Origin: Epiperipatus broadwayi
Taxonomy: Eukaryota > Animalia > Onychophora
DNA: 64,000 nt
Reading direction: 5' to 3'
Assembly: GCA_028023455.1 (NCBI GenBank)
Contig: JAQFVV010000002.1
Location: 13,020,001 to 13,084,000 of the forward strand
A program made the translations under genes and the position numbers. The notes below the pieces were generated by a model. The model saw only the letters and a list, made by a program, of their open reading frames with translations. It had not been told where the DNA came from and did no database searches. This document shows positions 41,958-53,376 of this stretch, one piece after another. How positions within the stretch are numbered: position 1 is the stretch's first letter; the number at the start of each line of letters is the position of its first letter.

Positions 41958-42690
41958 CATCATCATCATCATCAACCATTATCAATACACTGCATGATGA
42001 AGGTCTATCCAAGTTCAATCCATCTTCTCTGATCTTTAGCTTCTCTTCTCCACATGATCCCTGCATACTTTCTTATTTCATCCATCCATCTAACATGTGG
42101 TCTCTTTCTGGGTCTTTTACAATTTTCTCAGTTTAAGATTTCAATTGTCCATCTATTTTCATCTCTTCTAGCAATATGTCCAACCCAACTCCACTTCAAT
42201 CATTTAATTTTTTCAATGATGTCAGTAACACCTGTTTGTTCTCTTATCCATACATTAAACCACTAAACATCACATGACCACTATCTCATACTAGCACAAT
42301 AATTGTTAGCACAAGATGGCACTACTATATGGAGAGTGTTGTTTTGTTTTGAATTGTTATCCATACATTGTGTTTTCAATCACTTCTTGTTACTTCCAAC
42401 ATGCATCTCTCCATACTTCTTTGAGTGGTATAAAGTCTTTGTATTGCTCTTCTATTAAGTGTCCAAGTCTCAGATCCATAAGTAAGAATTGGTAAAACAC
42501 ATTTGTTAAAAACCTTCCTTTTCAAACACATATGCATATTTCCTTTTAGTATCAAGTTATTTCTACCAAAATCACTCCAACCAAGTTTAATTCTATGATT
42601 AATTTCATCCATTATGTTTCCATCTGTATTAATAATCTGACGAAGGTATTTGTAACTGTTAACTTCTTCTAACTCATCATAATCAATCTT
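41958..42690 (-). mobile_element. RTE-clade LINE 3' fragment with (TGA)n tail, interrupted by a 100-bp insertion
   Basis: YKYLRQ / RIKLGW / KRKVFNKCVLPILTYGSETW / LKWSWVGHIARR / RWMDEI, typical of RTE ORF ends. (CAT)n microsatellite at about 41958-41975. Confidence 0.88.
42257..42356. mobile_element. 100-bp family C-related fragment nested in the RTE
   Basis: 13-bp TSD TTATCCATACATT (42244-42256, 42357-42369) duplicates RTE coding sequence. Content matches 56961-57122 in mixed orientation. Confidence 0.8.
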
Positions 42691-43016
42691 TCAAAAAACT
42701 TACTTGTAAAAAAAAAAACATTTATATTTTATCAAATACTAAAAATCATATTAATATAACAATTAACAAAAAATATTGTAGCTAATTTATATTTTATTGA
42801 ACATATTAATTTATGTTAGATTTTTGAATAGCTAATAGATTTTTCTATTACCTGAAAACAGGAAAATTGCTTCATTTCTATGTGACATTAGAACAGAAAG
42901 ATTTCCACTTAACTATCTTCTTATCTAATTATCAATCTATCCATCTATCTTTATCTAAAGTTGGTACAAATAATTATTGAATTTATGGTGCCAAAATAAA
43001 TTACAAAATCCATATG

Positions 43017-43238
43017 TAATATATAGGTGGTTTGAACTCAGACTTTCACACGACCCTCAATTATCCACACTATCTCATACTTCCAACACACCTGATCAGA
43101 CATGTGTGTGATAAAGTTTGTGAGAAGTATGAGATAGCATGGATAGTTGAGGGTCATGTGAAAGTCAGTTCAAACCCCTATATATATATTGGAGTGCATG
43201 TATGAAAAAGCCTATACTGTAGAAAAAATTCATATATT
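43017..43238. mobile_element. Family A 3'-end fold-back with one-sided extension
   Basis: Inverted arms at about 43021-43080 and 43105-43180. 12-bp direct repeat AAAATCCATATG at 43005-43016 and 43239-43250. Confidence 0.72.
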
Positions 43239-43420
43239 AAAATCCATATGAAAAACATGTACATATACTTATTGAAAAACACCATCCATTTATTTAACTA
43301 TTTACTTACATTTTTATCTATCTTCTTAAATTATTAATAAATATATATATATATTAACTGTATAAAATCAAAATTTTAGACATTTCATCCAAAAAACCTA
43401 TAAACTGTTACTGCAGGAAA

Positions 43421-43752
43421 TATATTAATAATTTTACTAGCCATTCATTAGACTAGAGATCATCCACTTAATGAATATTTCTGTAGTGCAACCTTCATTA
43501 CACCACTCTTACAGAAGGTAGGGGCTAGTTTCAATCTGCTTTTAATCCCTTGTGAAGGGATAATTAGGGATCATACAGATTTTTCATATCTTTGGGCATA
43601 TGTTTATGATTGCATCTCTTCACAAGGTATAAAAAATGGATAAAGTCCCTACCTTGCATGAGATTGGTGTAGTGAAGATTGCACTACAGAAATATTATTC
43701 ATTAAGTGAATGATCTCTAGTATAATGAATGACTAATAAATTTATTAATATA
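43421..43752. repeat. Fold-back element (about 115-bp arms, about 100-bp spacer)
   Basis: CTAGAGATCAT.CACTTAATGAATA.TTTCTGTAGTGCAA pairs with TTGCACTACAGAAATA..ATTCATTAAGTGAATGATCTCTAG. Confidence 0.75.
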
Positions 43753-45240
43753 CTTCCATCAAGTGATTTGTATCAAAGTTGTGAGGGCAGTCAATTTGAC
43801 ATATCAATTAATCTGTAGTAATGGCTATCTATATATAATGAACAATGATAAAGATATGTGTAAGAGATTGTGAACTAGGCCATCTAGTGAGTGCTGGTTC
43901 AGCATGAAAAGTTCATCTTGGAGATCATACTTTTTTCCCCATCACATGCACCATTTGGAAAGCTCCAACAATGCATAATTACAGAAGTGATAAGTTGTTG
44001 CAATGCTTTGTAACAACAGGAAATTTTATATGGAAAAGTATAATTAGGTATCTTGAACTTATTAATATTCAACTGCCTGTTTAGACATGCTAAAATTATC
44101 TGGAATTAAAACTTTTAAAAAATATTGGAAACCAAAACTTTCCTTATTGTTAAAACTAAATTTATTCCACTTCGTTCTACAATAAATTATAGACTATATT
44201 TTGCAAATGCTGACCATTATTATATACAAAAGATTCTTGTTTAAGCTTAATTTGATATATTCAAATTAGAACTTTTGCTAAACTTGCAGAAGGTTGTAAA
44301 TGATAGAAGCAGTTATGGAATAATAATTATGAAAGTATAAATGCCTTTGCCTTGTTATGAAAGCAAATTATTTTATTATTTTTTTATAATTTAAATGATA
44401 TTTATGAAAACAATTATAAATAATATTTCATTTATAAAACGCAAACAGTATTTGAAATTAAACTGAGAGACTGCAAACCTCTCGCGCTTATTAGCCAATC
44501 AAGTGTTATTAATAGCGATCAAATCGTAAATACAAGACAGAGAATTGAAAACTATTATGTTATTTTCAAATAAGTTATTTTGAGATAAATGGAATGTCTA
44601 TTCTCATTTATAAAATTACAGAGTGGAAAGATTGCATTTTTCCAGGAATTTATTTTATATTAATTACATTCCGATAAAGTTTTGCATATTAAGAAAATAT
44701 TTTTGCCTGTTCCAGAAATATAAATATTCATGCTCGAATGTACTTTATTGTCTTTAAATATTTTGTTGCTAATGAAATATATAAAAAAAAATGCATTAAA
44801 ATATATTCTTTTAACAATCTGCTCATTACCTTATAATGCATATAGCTTTTAGAAGGATTGGTTTGCTCCTGATTAATTATTTATTACCATATAAACTTTG
44901 CATTATTTTAATGGAAATATATTACGCTCTTTATCAGTGTCTCATTGTATAAAGCTATGAATTGTGTTTCAAAAGGAAACATTATTCTTTTTATATTGCT
45001 TAAAATAAATATTATGCTTTCTACTTTTCATTGTTTTATATCTGAATTGCTTCAAAAGAAATTATATTTTCTTATCATATTATTTCAAAAAATACTTCAG
45101 TATTTACATTGAATGGCTTTTCAAATTATGTCAATGCTTACAAATTATAAGTGGCTCAAATTTTAATTAATTGTTTTGTCAATTTTTAATATTCATATCA
45201 TCTGGATACTTTAGTAAATCTTTAACATATCCAAGGTTTT

Positions 45241-45524
45241 TTTAAAAAAATTTATAATAAAAACTTTATTAATAACATAAATATTTACAATTTATACAAG
45301 TAATTAAATAATAATCAAAACCCAGAGAATTTGAAATATTCCACTATTAAGACAAAAAGGCTCTAGGCCATTAAACAGTTAACTCCAACTCAAGGAGGTT
45401 GACCTGTAACAATATGATAGGAGACTCTTGAGACATCACGCAAATGCAACTCAAAAGGGTGAAGCATGTAACAAAATGTTTGATTAGTTTAAGGAATAAG
45501 CCACCCAGTAGAATTCCAACTTTT
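45241..45524 (-). mobile_element. Short 5'-truncated retroposed insertion (LINE 3' UTR-like)
   Basis: 16-bp TSD ACATATCCAAGGTTTT at 45225-45240 and 45525-45540, which starts with AAAA on the minus strand. Minus-strand AATAAA and A-rich tail at the left end. Confidence 0.7.
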
Positions 45525-46277
45525 ACATATCCAAGGTTTTATTATTTGAACTGTTGTGTTGCAAAATGATATTGAAATCAAAGATTTAAGAACTTATGAA
45601 TGATTAAATGATAAAAGAGTTGTTATAAGTTTTTATTTATATGTGTATCATACTTTTGATATTGCATATGTATTATTTATGGGTAATTTGTAATATGTTT
45701 ATTATGAGATTTACCAGAATATTTCTGTTATGAAATATAATCAAAAGGTAACATATTGGTGCTCTTTGGAATTTTTTAGAATATCTGTAATTGAATGGAA
45801 GAAATAGTGTAGTACATGTATATTTTTCTAAATGAATTAAGCCACAATTTATTTGTCTAGTTATATTTTGTTATAATTATTATATTTTATTGATTTTTTT
45901 TACATCATGTTTGTTATTGCCATATGAAATAATAAGATTAACACTATTTTCATATATTGTTCTTATAATCATTGTGAGACATAGTCTGTCTTAGTGACAA
46001 TTGGCAAATGATGCTATATTTTAGGCAATCTTTTCTGGTTTATTCTTAGTATATTTGTTAAGATTAGAGACAGTGTCTTAATTCTTTATGTGCACTTTTA
46101 GATAAGGGTTTATTTGTCAGTTTATTCCATCATAATGATTTATATACTCCTTGATGTTTATTTTGGTGGATATTTTTTAATGTCATGCGTAATATCAACC
46201 ATGTCTTTATTTTGACTCTTGAATATTAAAGTCACATGTAATGTCAACCATGTCTTCATTTTGCTACTATATATATA

Positions 46278-46488
46278 TTATTATTATTTTCGAGATATTC
46301 CCTGTGGTAAAATAGCTAAATAGCTGGATTTTGGTACAATAACAAGTAACTTTCTCAAAACGTTCTCTTTCTCAAATCATAGGAATGCGCATTTCTATGA
46401 TTTGAGAAAGAGAACACTTTGAGAAAGGTACTTGTTATTGTACCAAAATGCTAGCTATTTTACCACACATATCCCGAAAATAATAATA
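46278..46488. repeat. Near-perfect about 210-bp palindrome with essentially no loop
   Basis: Centre GAATGCGCATTT. Arms TTTTGGTACAATAACAAGTA..TTTCTCAAATCATAG / CTATGATTTGAGAAA..TACTTGTTATTGTACCAAAA. Confidence 0.8.
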
Positions 46489-46534
46489 TGAAATCATGAT
46501 TTATCCTTGAAAGTATTAGAATTAACATATATAT

Positions 46535-46628
46535 ATATGTAGATATATAGATAGATAGATAGATAGATAGATAGGTAGGTAGGTAGGTAGGTAGGTAGGT
46601 AGGTAGGTGGGTGGGTGGGTGGGTGGGT
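46535..46628 (+). repeat. Compound microsatellite (TA)n-(GATA)n-(GGTA)n-(GGGT)n
   Basis: Directly visible. Five GGG tracts at 46609-46627. Confidence 0.95.
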
Positions 46629-47657
46629 TAGAAAGACAAATTTCTTAGAAATTCAAAACTTTTATTCATTGCTTTTTACAAAACAGGTTTTAATGTTTTT
46701 TGATGTTTTAATTCACTGTTTTTAAATGATAAAATCACATAGTCAAGTTTGACCAAAACTTTTTATTTTTTCCTGCTTCTATTTCATAGGGTGAAAACCA
46801 CAACAATTTTTTACTCTTTTCCTTGCCCTAATCCATGTAAAGAAATGATACAAATTTCTCAGCTGTTATAAGATACTTTGGGTGTAATGTCCAAAATTGT
46901 TTTGAGTTTATTATAAGTACTTGTACATATTAATTTAATAAATTATTTTGCCATCATCCATTCAATAATTACTTGTACTAATTTTAGATAAAGATAGGTG
47001 AATAGATAGATTGATAGGTATGTAAGTAGATACTTAAATGGATTTTATCTTCTTTTTTCTACTGCCATGCGGAAATGTGGCACGCAGCCTTCCCCACTTT
47101 CAGGTAATAAAATAATCTCTTTGCTGTTCAAAAATCAATATAAATTAATAGGTTTGATAAAATATTAAATTAATTACAATGTTTTTGTTAATTGTTATAT
47201 TAATGATTTTTAATATTTGATAAACTATAATATAATAACATGAAAGCTAAACACCTTCAAACAGATACGCTTTAAACATGCTTACGTGACAGCCAATCAG
47301 ATGGAATAATGACATCACATGGGATTCTCAATTCTAAAACTCAAGCCAGAACTATTAGAAAAAGATAAACTATAATTTTTTCTTTAAGTATTATGCCACT
47401 GTTTTTTTGATAAATATTTGTACATATTTTTTTACATTAGTTTAATTAATACTTTAATTTTTTGTGTAACAATTTTGTAGATTCATTCTAAGAAATCTTT
47501 CTTAAAAATTTTCAATGAAATTTGAAATTTTTTATTTTTTTATTTTTTATTTTAAAGAATATAGACTTTATTTTATATAAAGTGTTACAAATGAATTTCT
47601 CTAGACAACAAAAAAAATCTAGTATAAATTTACATTTTTACTAATAACTTTCTTGTA

Positions 47658-50600
47658 CTAAGAACCAGTCCATGTGGATAGGTAGATTTCTTTGGGTGCA
47701 AGAAGCTTATCTTTTTTTCGAATAGAATCAAATGTATCTCTAATAAAAAGTTGGGAGTCCAATGGAGAATTGGTTATAACTATATGACATCTAAGTAACC
47801 ATATTACGTGGTTAATAAATATGCATCTTCTGATATTGCAGAAATTACCCATTTTAATATTATGAATGATATCAAAGAGTTCTGGATTGTGATTATTGAA
47901 ATAATTTTGAATTATATATTTTGCTTCTCTTAGTCCCGAGCAAGAAACAAGAATATGATCAAATGTTTCACTATCTTTTTTTACACAAAATACATAAGGA
48001 ATCAATCCTTTTAAATCCTCTATTTGAAACAAGGTAATCGTTGGTAGGAAGTGAAGATAGATTTATTTTAATGATAAAATCAATATATTTAGGCATTAAA
48101 TACCATTTTCTCATTTTATTAAAAAGATTGATTGATATTAGTCACTTCAAGATAACTAGGAAGGCATATCAGCTGAGGATTTATCATTTTAAACGTGTCC
48201 CAATATGTGTGCTTATTATTAAAAAGAATTTCATTTAAATCCATTTGTTTATCAATAAGTGAGATGATAAGTTGTAGCCATTTTTTTTTAATATTCGGGG
48301 AGGCGTATCTGTAGGAATGATTGTGTCAATAATATTTTGGTAATTAAATTCAATCTTGATGTAGTAGAATAAATTAACTATATTTTTAATTAATAATGTA
48401 TTAATTGAATGTAAACCTAGGCCATTAAGTATTTTTGGATTTTGCATTTTACGTATACTGATACAGACCACTTTTTTTTTCCAAAGGAGACCAGAGCACA
48501 ATGAGTTAATTTGCGAAGTAAATTTTTTAGTAGGGTTTAAAATCGGTAAATAATAATTAATTCTGCTGAAAACAAGAGAATTTAGTAAGAGAACTTTATC
48601 ATATAAAGATAAGTAAATGCTTTTTAGAGAATCTATTTTTTTTTGTTGTTGATATAATCAGTTTGTCTTGTAACATTTTTCTCATTTTGTTTGGTGAAAG
48701 GTACAGTGGTATACCTAAAAAAGGTTGAGGTTTTGATGAGAAACATGCAGGGACATTTTCTCCTGAATGAAGTTTCCAAACTGCAGATTTCTCTAGATTA
48801 AAATTTAATTTGTATTCCGATGAAAACTTTTTAAGGATTTTTTCAAGTTCTGGTAGGTGTTTAGCTGATGGCAGCATTATAGCAATATCATCCATGTATG
48901 CAAGATGTTTAATTTCTTTGTTTAGAAAAGGAACAAAAACTCCAGGAAGTTTTGTTTCCATTTCTATGATAAGGGGGTTAATATAAGCAATGAATAAAAG
49001 TGCACTCAAGGGTGAGCCCTGAGAAATAGAAATTGATGGTTTAAAGCCAAGTGCAATTCTACCATTGAGTGTAATGAAAATTTCTCTATTAAATAGAAGA
49101 TTCTCTATCATAGTAAGATAGATGGAGGGAATTCCATATTGTTGTAGTGTTTTCATTAATATTTCAATTCTTACTGAATCAAATGCTGCTATAATATCTA
49201 GTTGTACAGCTATTGGCTTTGATTTTCTCTTAATTCTAATGTATTCTGTTAAAATTTTGAAAAGGCAAATTGCATGCATTGTGGATGAACCTTTCTTTGC
49301 ATATTGAGTAAAAGAAATATTATCTAAAATGTTTTGTTGAATCTTGTCTTTAATCAGCCCTTCTATGATTTTAATAAGAAGAGGAGTCATAGAGATAGGT
49401 CTTATATTTGATGTAATAGAGGGAAGACCTTTCTTTTTTAAAAAAGGCACCAATGAAATAGGGTAGAGGCCAGGTATGTCTTGACAACTTGAGGCTATGA
49501 AGTCAATGACACCTTTTATAATTGGAACAGTAAAGTGAGCCAAATGTGATAGTACAAATTTTGGGAGGCCATGAGAGCCAGGATGTGTTTTTTCAGGAAG
49601 TGAATTTAATTTGTTTAAAATTAATTGCTCAGTTATTTCATGATCATTTTTTTGACTATTGTTGAATATGGTTCTAATTTGATTGCCGGATGTTGTACGA
49701 AGTTTATTGAAGAAGAAATTCCTAATAATCATTAGCATTGAAGAACCAGCATAGTTGGCTCCATTGACTAAAATGGATAAAGGTGTAATAAGTTTTGGTT
49801 TTGATCCTAATGCCCAACGAATATAACTTTTAGTCCAGGCATGTCTACTGGCTAGAAAAACTTTAGATCTCTTAATAGAAATATTTTCAGCTAGTGCCCT
49901 TTGTAATTCTTTATATTTAATTTTAATTTGAAGTATTTTATTAATATTAAGTGTCGTAGAGGGCATTGAATTCATTATGGCAGACAGAGAATCCATTTCT
50001 TTTAGCATTTTACATGGTCCATTTTGTTTTCTACAAAAATAATTGGTTATGGCTCTTAGAATTTCAGTAAAAGTAAACCAGGCATCAATCGGTGGCCAAG
50101 ATAGGACATTTGCCTTGTGAAAATAAATGTAGGCCTCAGAAAAGACAGCCTCGGGAGTTGTAAATTTATTAATTAGTCTTGATGTTCTTGGAAGACCATC
50201 AATAATATTAATTGGCCCATTTATGCAAAGCAAAATTTTTAAAGCTAGGTGATCAGAGAAAAAAACATGTTTTAGAGATGTTTCAATCTTGAAATGTATG
50301 TCAGGAGAGTAATAAATCAAATCTATAAGTGAAGAATACTGTTTTGTGTAGAAAGAATAATTATTATTAAAGAAACCTTGAGCTGACATGAGACCATAAT
50401 TAATTAAATATAAATATTTTCTGTCAAATGTGTGATAAGGAAGATTAAAATCGCCCAATAGAATAGTTGATGCTGAACTATGATAAAGAGCCAAGTTAAT
50501 TATATTTATTACTTTATAAATCGTATTACTATTATTTTGTAGATAGAGATATATTACATTTAGATTTGTCTGACCAAATACAAAATTAACTATTATAACA

Positions 50601-50875
50601 TTTGAATCTAAATGGATAATATTAAAGGTTGTAAATTTAGAGATGCAATTTACTATGAATGCAACTCCTCCTGATGGAGAATTTGCTATGGAGAATTTAA
50701 ATAGACCTAGTGAAGATAAAATTTCTGATATTTTGCAGTTGCTGTTTATATGTAATTTAGTTTCTGCAAAGAAAATAATATCTGGTGTTTCTTTTAAGAA
50801 AAAATCTTTTATAGCATAAACACGTTGTAAAGAGTTTAATCCTCTTACATTTATACCTATTATTTTAATTTTCAT
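47658..50875 (-). pseudogene. LINE ORF2 (APE endonuclease, reverse transcriptase, C-terminal Cys/His motif), frameshifted
   Basis: APE motifs INVRGLN, FFAETK, LGDFN, IDLIY, SDH. RT motifs RPIS, QLDIIAAFDSV, QGSPLSALLF, YMDD. Frameshift in the homopolymer near 48640 continues into the 48235-48501 track ORF. The 47658-48032 track ORF has FC...ETFDHILVSC. Confidence 0.92.
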
Positions 50876-50950
50876 TGAGTATTGATAAAAACTAGAATTT
50901 TAAAATATAAATTAAATTTGATTAGGCATCAATGGAAAAAAATGAAAGAA

Positions 50951-53376
50951 TCATTCCAATACATCAAATCCAACTAAGGGTGAGAATTGGAAATCACTCT
51001 CTTTGTCTTCTACCACTTCATGTGTTAATAAATTAAGATGTGACCCTGAATTTGTAGGAGAGATATAAGCAATCACATTATTTGTTGTACTTAATGATGT
51101 ATTAGACTTCTCTATTTGCATTAGATTATCTAATTCATTTTCATATTTTTGATTTTTTTTAATTTTCTTTTTTTTTTTTGTTAGGATGTTTAGTAATAGA
51201 ATTTAAGTCATTATCAGAGCCACAAAGTGTGCTTGAACTATTAGAAGAATCATTTGTTATTATTTCAGTAGTTTTGTCTAAATTTGTAATTAAATTTCTT
51301 TCTTTTTTTCGTTTATGTAATCTTGGTAAACTCTTATTTAAATGAGAATTAATTAATTGTTCAGAAGTATTAAGAAAACATTGATCTTCTATTTCTTTTT
51401 TATTTTTTTCTATTTCTTCGTGAAGAATCCCTGTAATCTCTTATGATTTGAGTTGTTGATTTCTTTCTAATTGGCTACTTTGCCTATTTTGAATATTAAT
51501 AATTGAAGAAGAATTATGAGAAAAAGAATTTCTATGATGATCAATATTTGATGCAAAACAGGAATCTTCCCATTGTTTGTTTTGATAATCCAAAACTGGG
51601 CAATGGTGAAACTTAGATGATTTAATATTACATCTTTGGCAAAAACTTTTCGGACAGTCTTTAATTAGATGGTCTCTTGATTTGCATATATAGCACTGTG
51701 ATGGAACTCCTTGAAAACTTATTACTAAGTTAGTCTTTGCAACTGTATGAAATGATGGGATGTCTAGAGCAGTGATATTTTCTTTAAGGGCTAAATTAAA
51801 TGAGGCTATGTTCGAAAGCACATGGGAAGGAGCTCCCTTCTCATTTAAAAAAAAACTCTGAAGTTATTCCATAAATGTTTAGTATTTTTTGAAAATCATG
51901 TGAATCAAATCCTGGGTAGCAATTTCTTATAATACCTTTTAGGGATCTTTTTATATTTAAATCAACTTTACATAACCATAAATCTCCAAGCATTCTGTAA
52001 GTATTTATAAAAGCTGTTTTGTATGTAATAGAAGCAAATTCTAAAATAAGATATCTTTTGTTTTGATGATGATACACTTTATTTATATAATTCCAATGTT
52101 TATTTAAACTAAGAGTGTTATATATTAAATCTATAGGGAAGAGTAAAGGTTTAATGTCATTGTTAGTTGCTGAGATAATTAATGTGTTCTCCTTTTGATA
52201 TACTTTGAAAGAGTCTAAAAGTGCTTGAGGAATAGATAAATTAAATTTTTTATTGATTTTATTAAAATCGTCCCATGAGGGAGTAAAAGAATTATCTGCA
52301 TTTTTTGCATTAATAATTGATACTTTTGTGTGATCAAAATGAGTTTGCTCTGTTTCTTCATCATCATCTTCAAGGTCTAGAGAGAGAAGTGAGTTTTGTG
52401 AAGAATGATGTGAGATAGTATAATTGTTTGTTGGTATTTTAGTTTTAACCTTCTGAGCATAGCTCATTTTGTTTTCATTAATTCCTTTATTATCATTTTC
52501 ATGTAATACTGAGTAATGATAACTATTGTCTTTATTTATATTCTTGCAAACTTCAACAGTTTTGTTTTGTTTAGCTTTATCCACAGTCTTATGTTCTTTA
52601 TCATTAACCCTGATATCAATCAAATTGCTAATTTCATTTGAAGAATCATCACTATCTTCAAAGCAATTTTTTTTAAAGTTTGAATTGTTAGTTTTATTAT
52701 ATAACTCAAAACTAAACTTTTTATTATTCAAAATATTAGGAGATGAAATTAGAGTATTGTTATTTTCATTTCCAATAGACTCTTGATTATAAATACCCAC
52801 ATAATCGTGTAAGTTTTGATTTTTCAATTTTGGATTATTTTCTTTTACATTTTCTGAAGCAGGGCTTAAGTCAAATTTATCAACATTTGTTGGAAATTCA
52901 ATACCATTTTCATTATTTATCTTTTGAATTTCAGAAGTTTTAAAATTTGATATTTGTTTAGAAATGATATTAGTGTTAGAAAAATCTTTATGTAGTAGTA
53001 CTTTTTTTGACTTTTTTGTAATTTGCTGATTTGAACTTTTAATAGAATGAATTGAAGCATTTGCTACAATAAAATTTTTTTGTTCTAAATTTCCATTTCC
53101 ATTGTTATCTGAATTATCTTAACGTTCTAATTTAGAATTAGGTTTAACAATGCTTTCTTTCAATATTATTTTTGAATTACTTGAATTATTTGTTTCATTT
53201 TCAAAAGAAGTTTCACAGGAAATTTTAATAGATTTCTTTTTTATATCTTTTGTTGACATTGTTTTTGATGTTTTAAACTCATTTTGCGTAGAAACATTTT
53301 TGTCATCCATTACTAAGGAATCATGTTTAACTTTTTCATTTGAATTTTCTTCAGAATAACTCTGAATTTTACTCAT
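50951..53376 (-). pseudogene. LINE ORF1 (Gag-like nucleic-acid-binding protein), broken into the 85, 328 and 126 aa track ORFs plus a tail
   Basis: 53376 and 52827 are in the same frame, separated by one TAA (53119-53121). Frameshift at the T9-A3 run near 51841-51855. Zinc knuckle CYICKSRDHLIKDC followed by CQRC...HHC. Further stop at 51441-51443. Confidence 0.8.

Noticed and set aside
34325-42690. The two RTE fragments as one split element
   Set aside because: On the minus strand the RT/3' end (42.7-42.0 kb) comes before the APE/5' end (35.0-34.3 kb), which is the wrong order for a single element.
51835-51860. Programmed -1 ribosomal frameshift in LINE ORF1 at TTTTTTTTTAAATGA
   Set aside because: Slipping -1 on the U-run meets UAA immediately. 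A simple 1-nt deletion or sequencing indel explains it better.
49122-53359. Plus-strand ORFs at 49122, 52526 and 53150, and ORFs at 19542 and 19648
   Set aside because: Antisense or alternate-frame shadows of LINE coding sequence.
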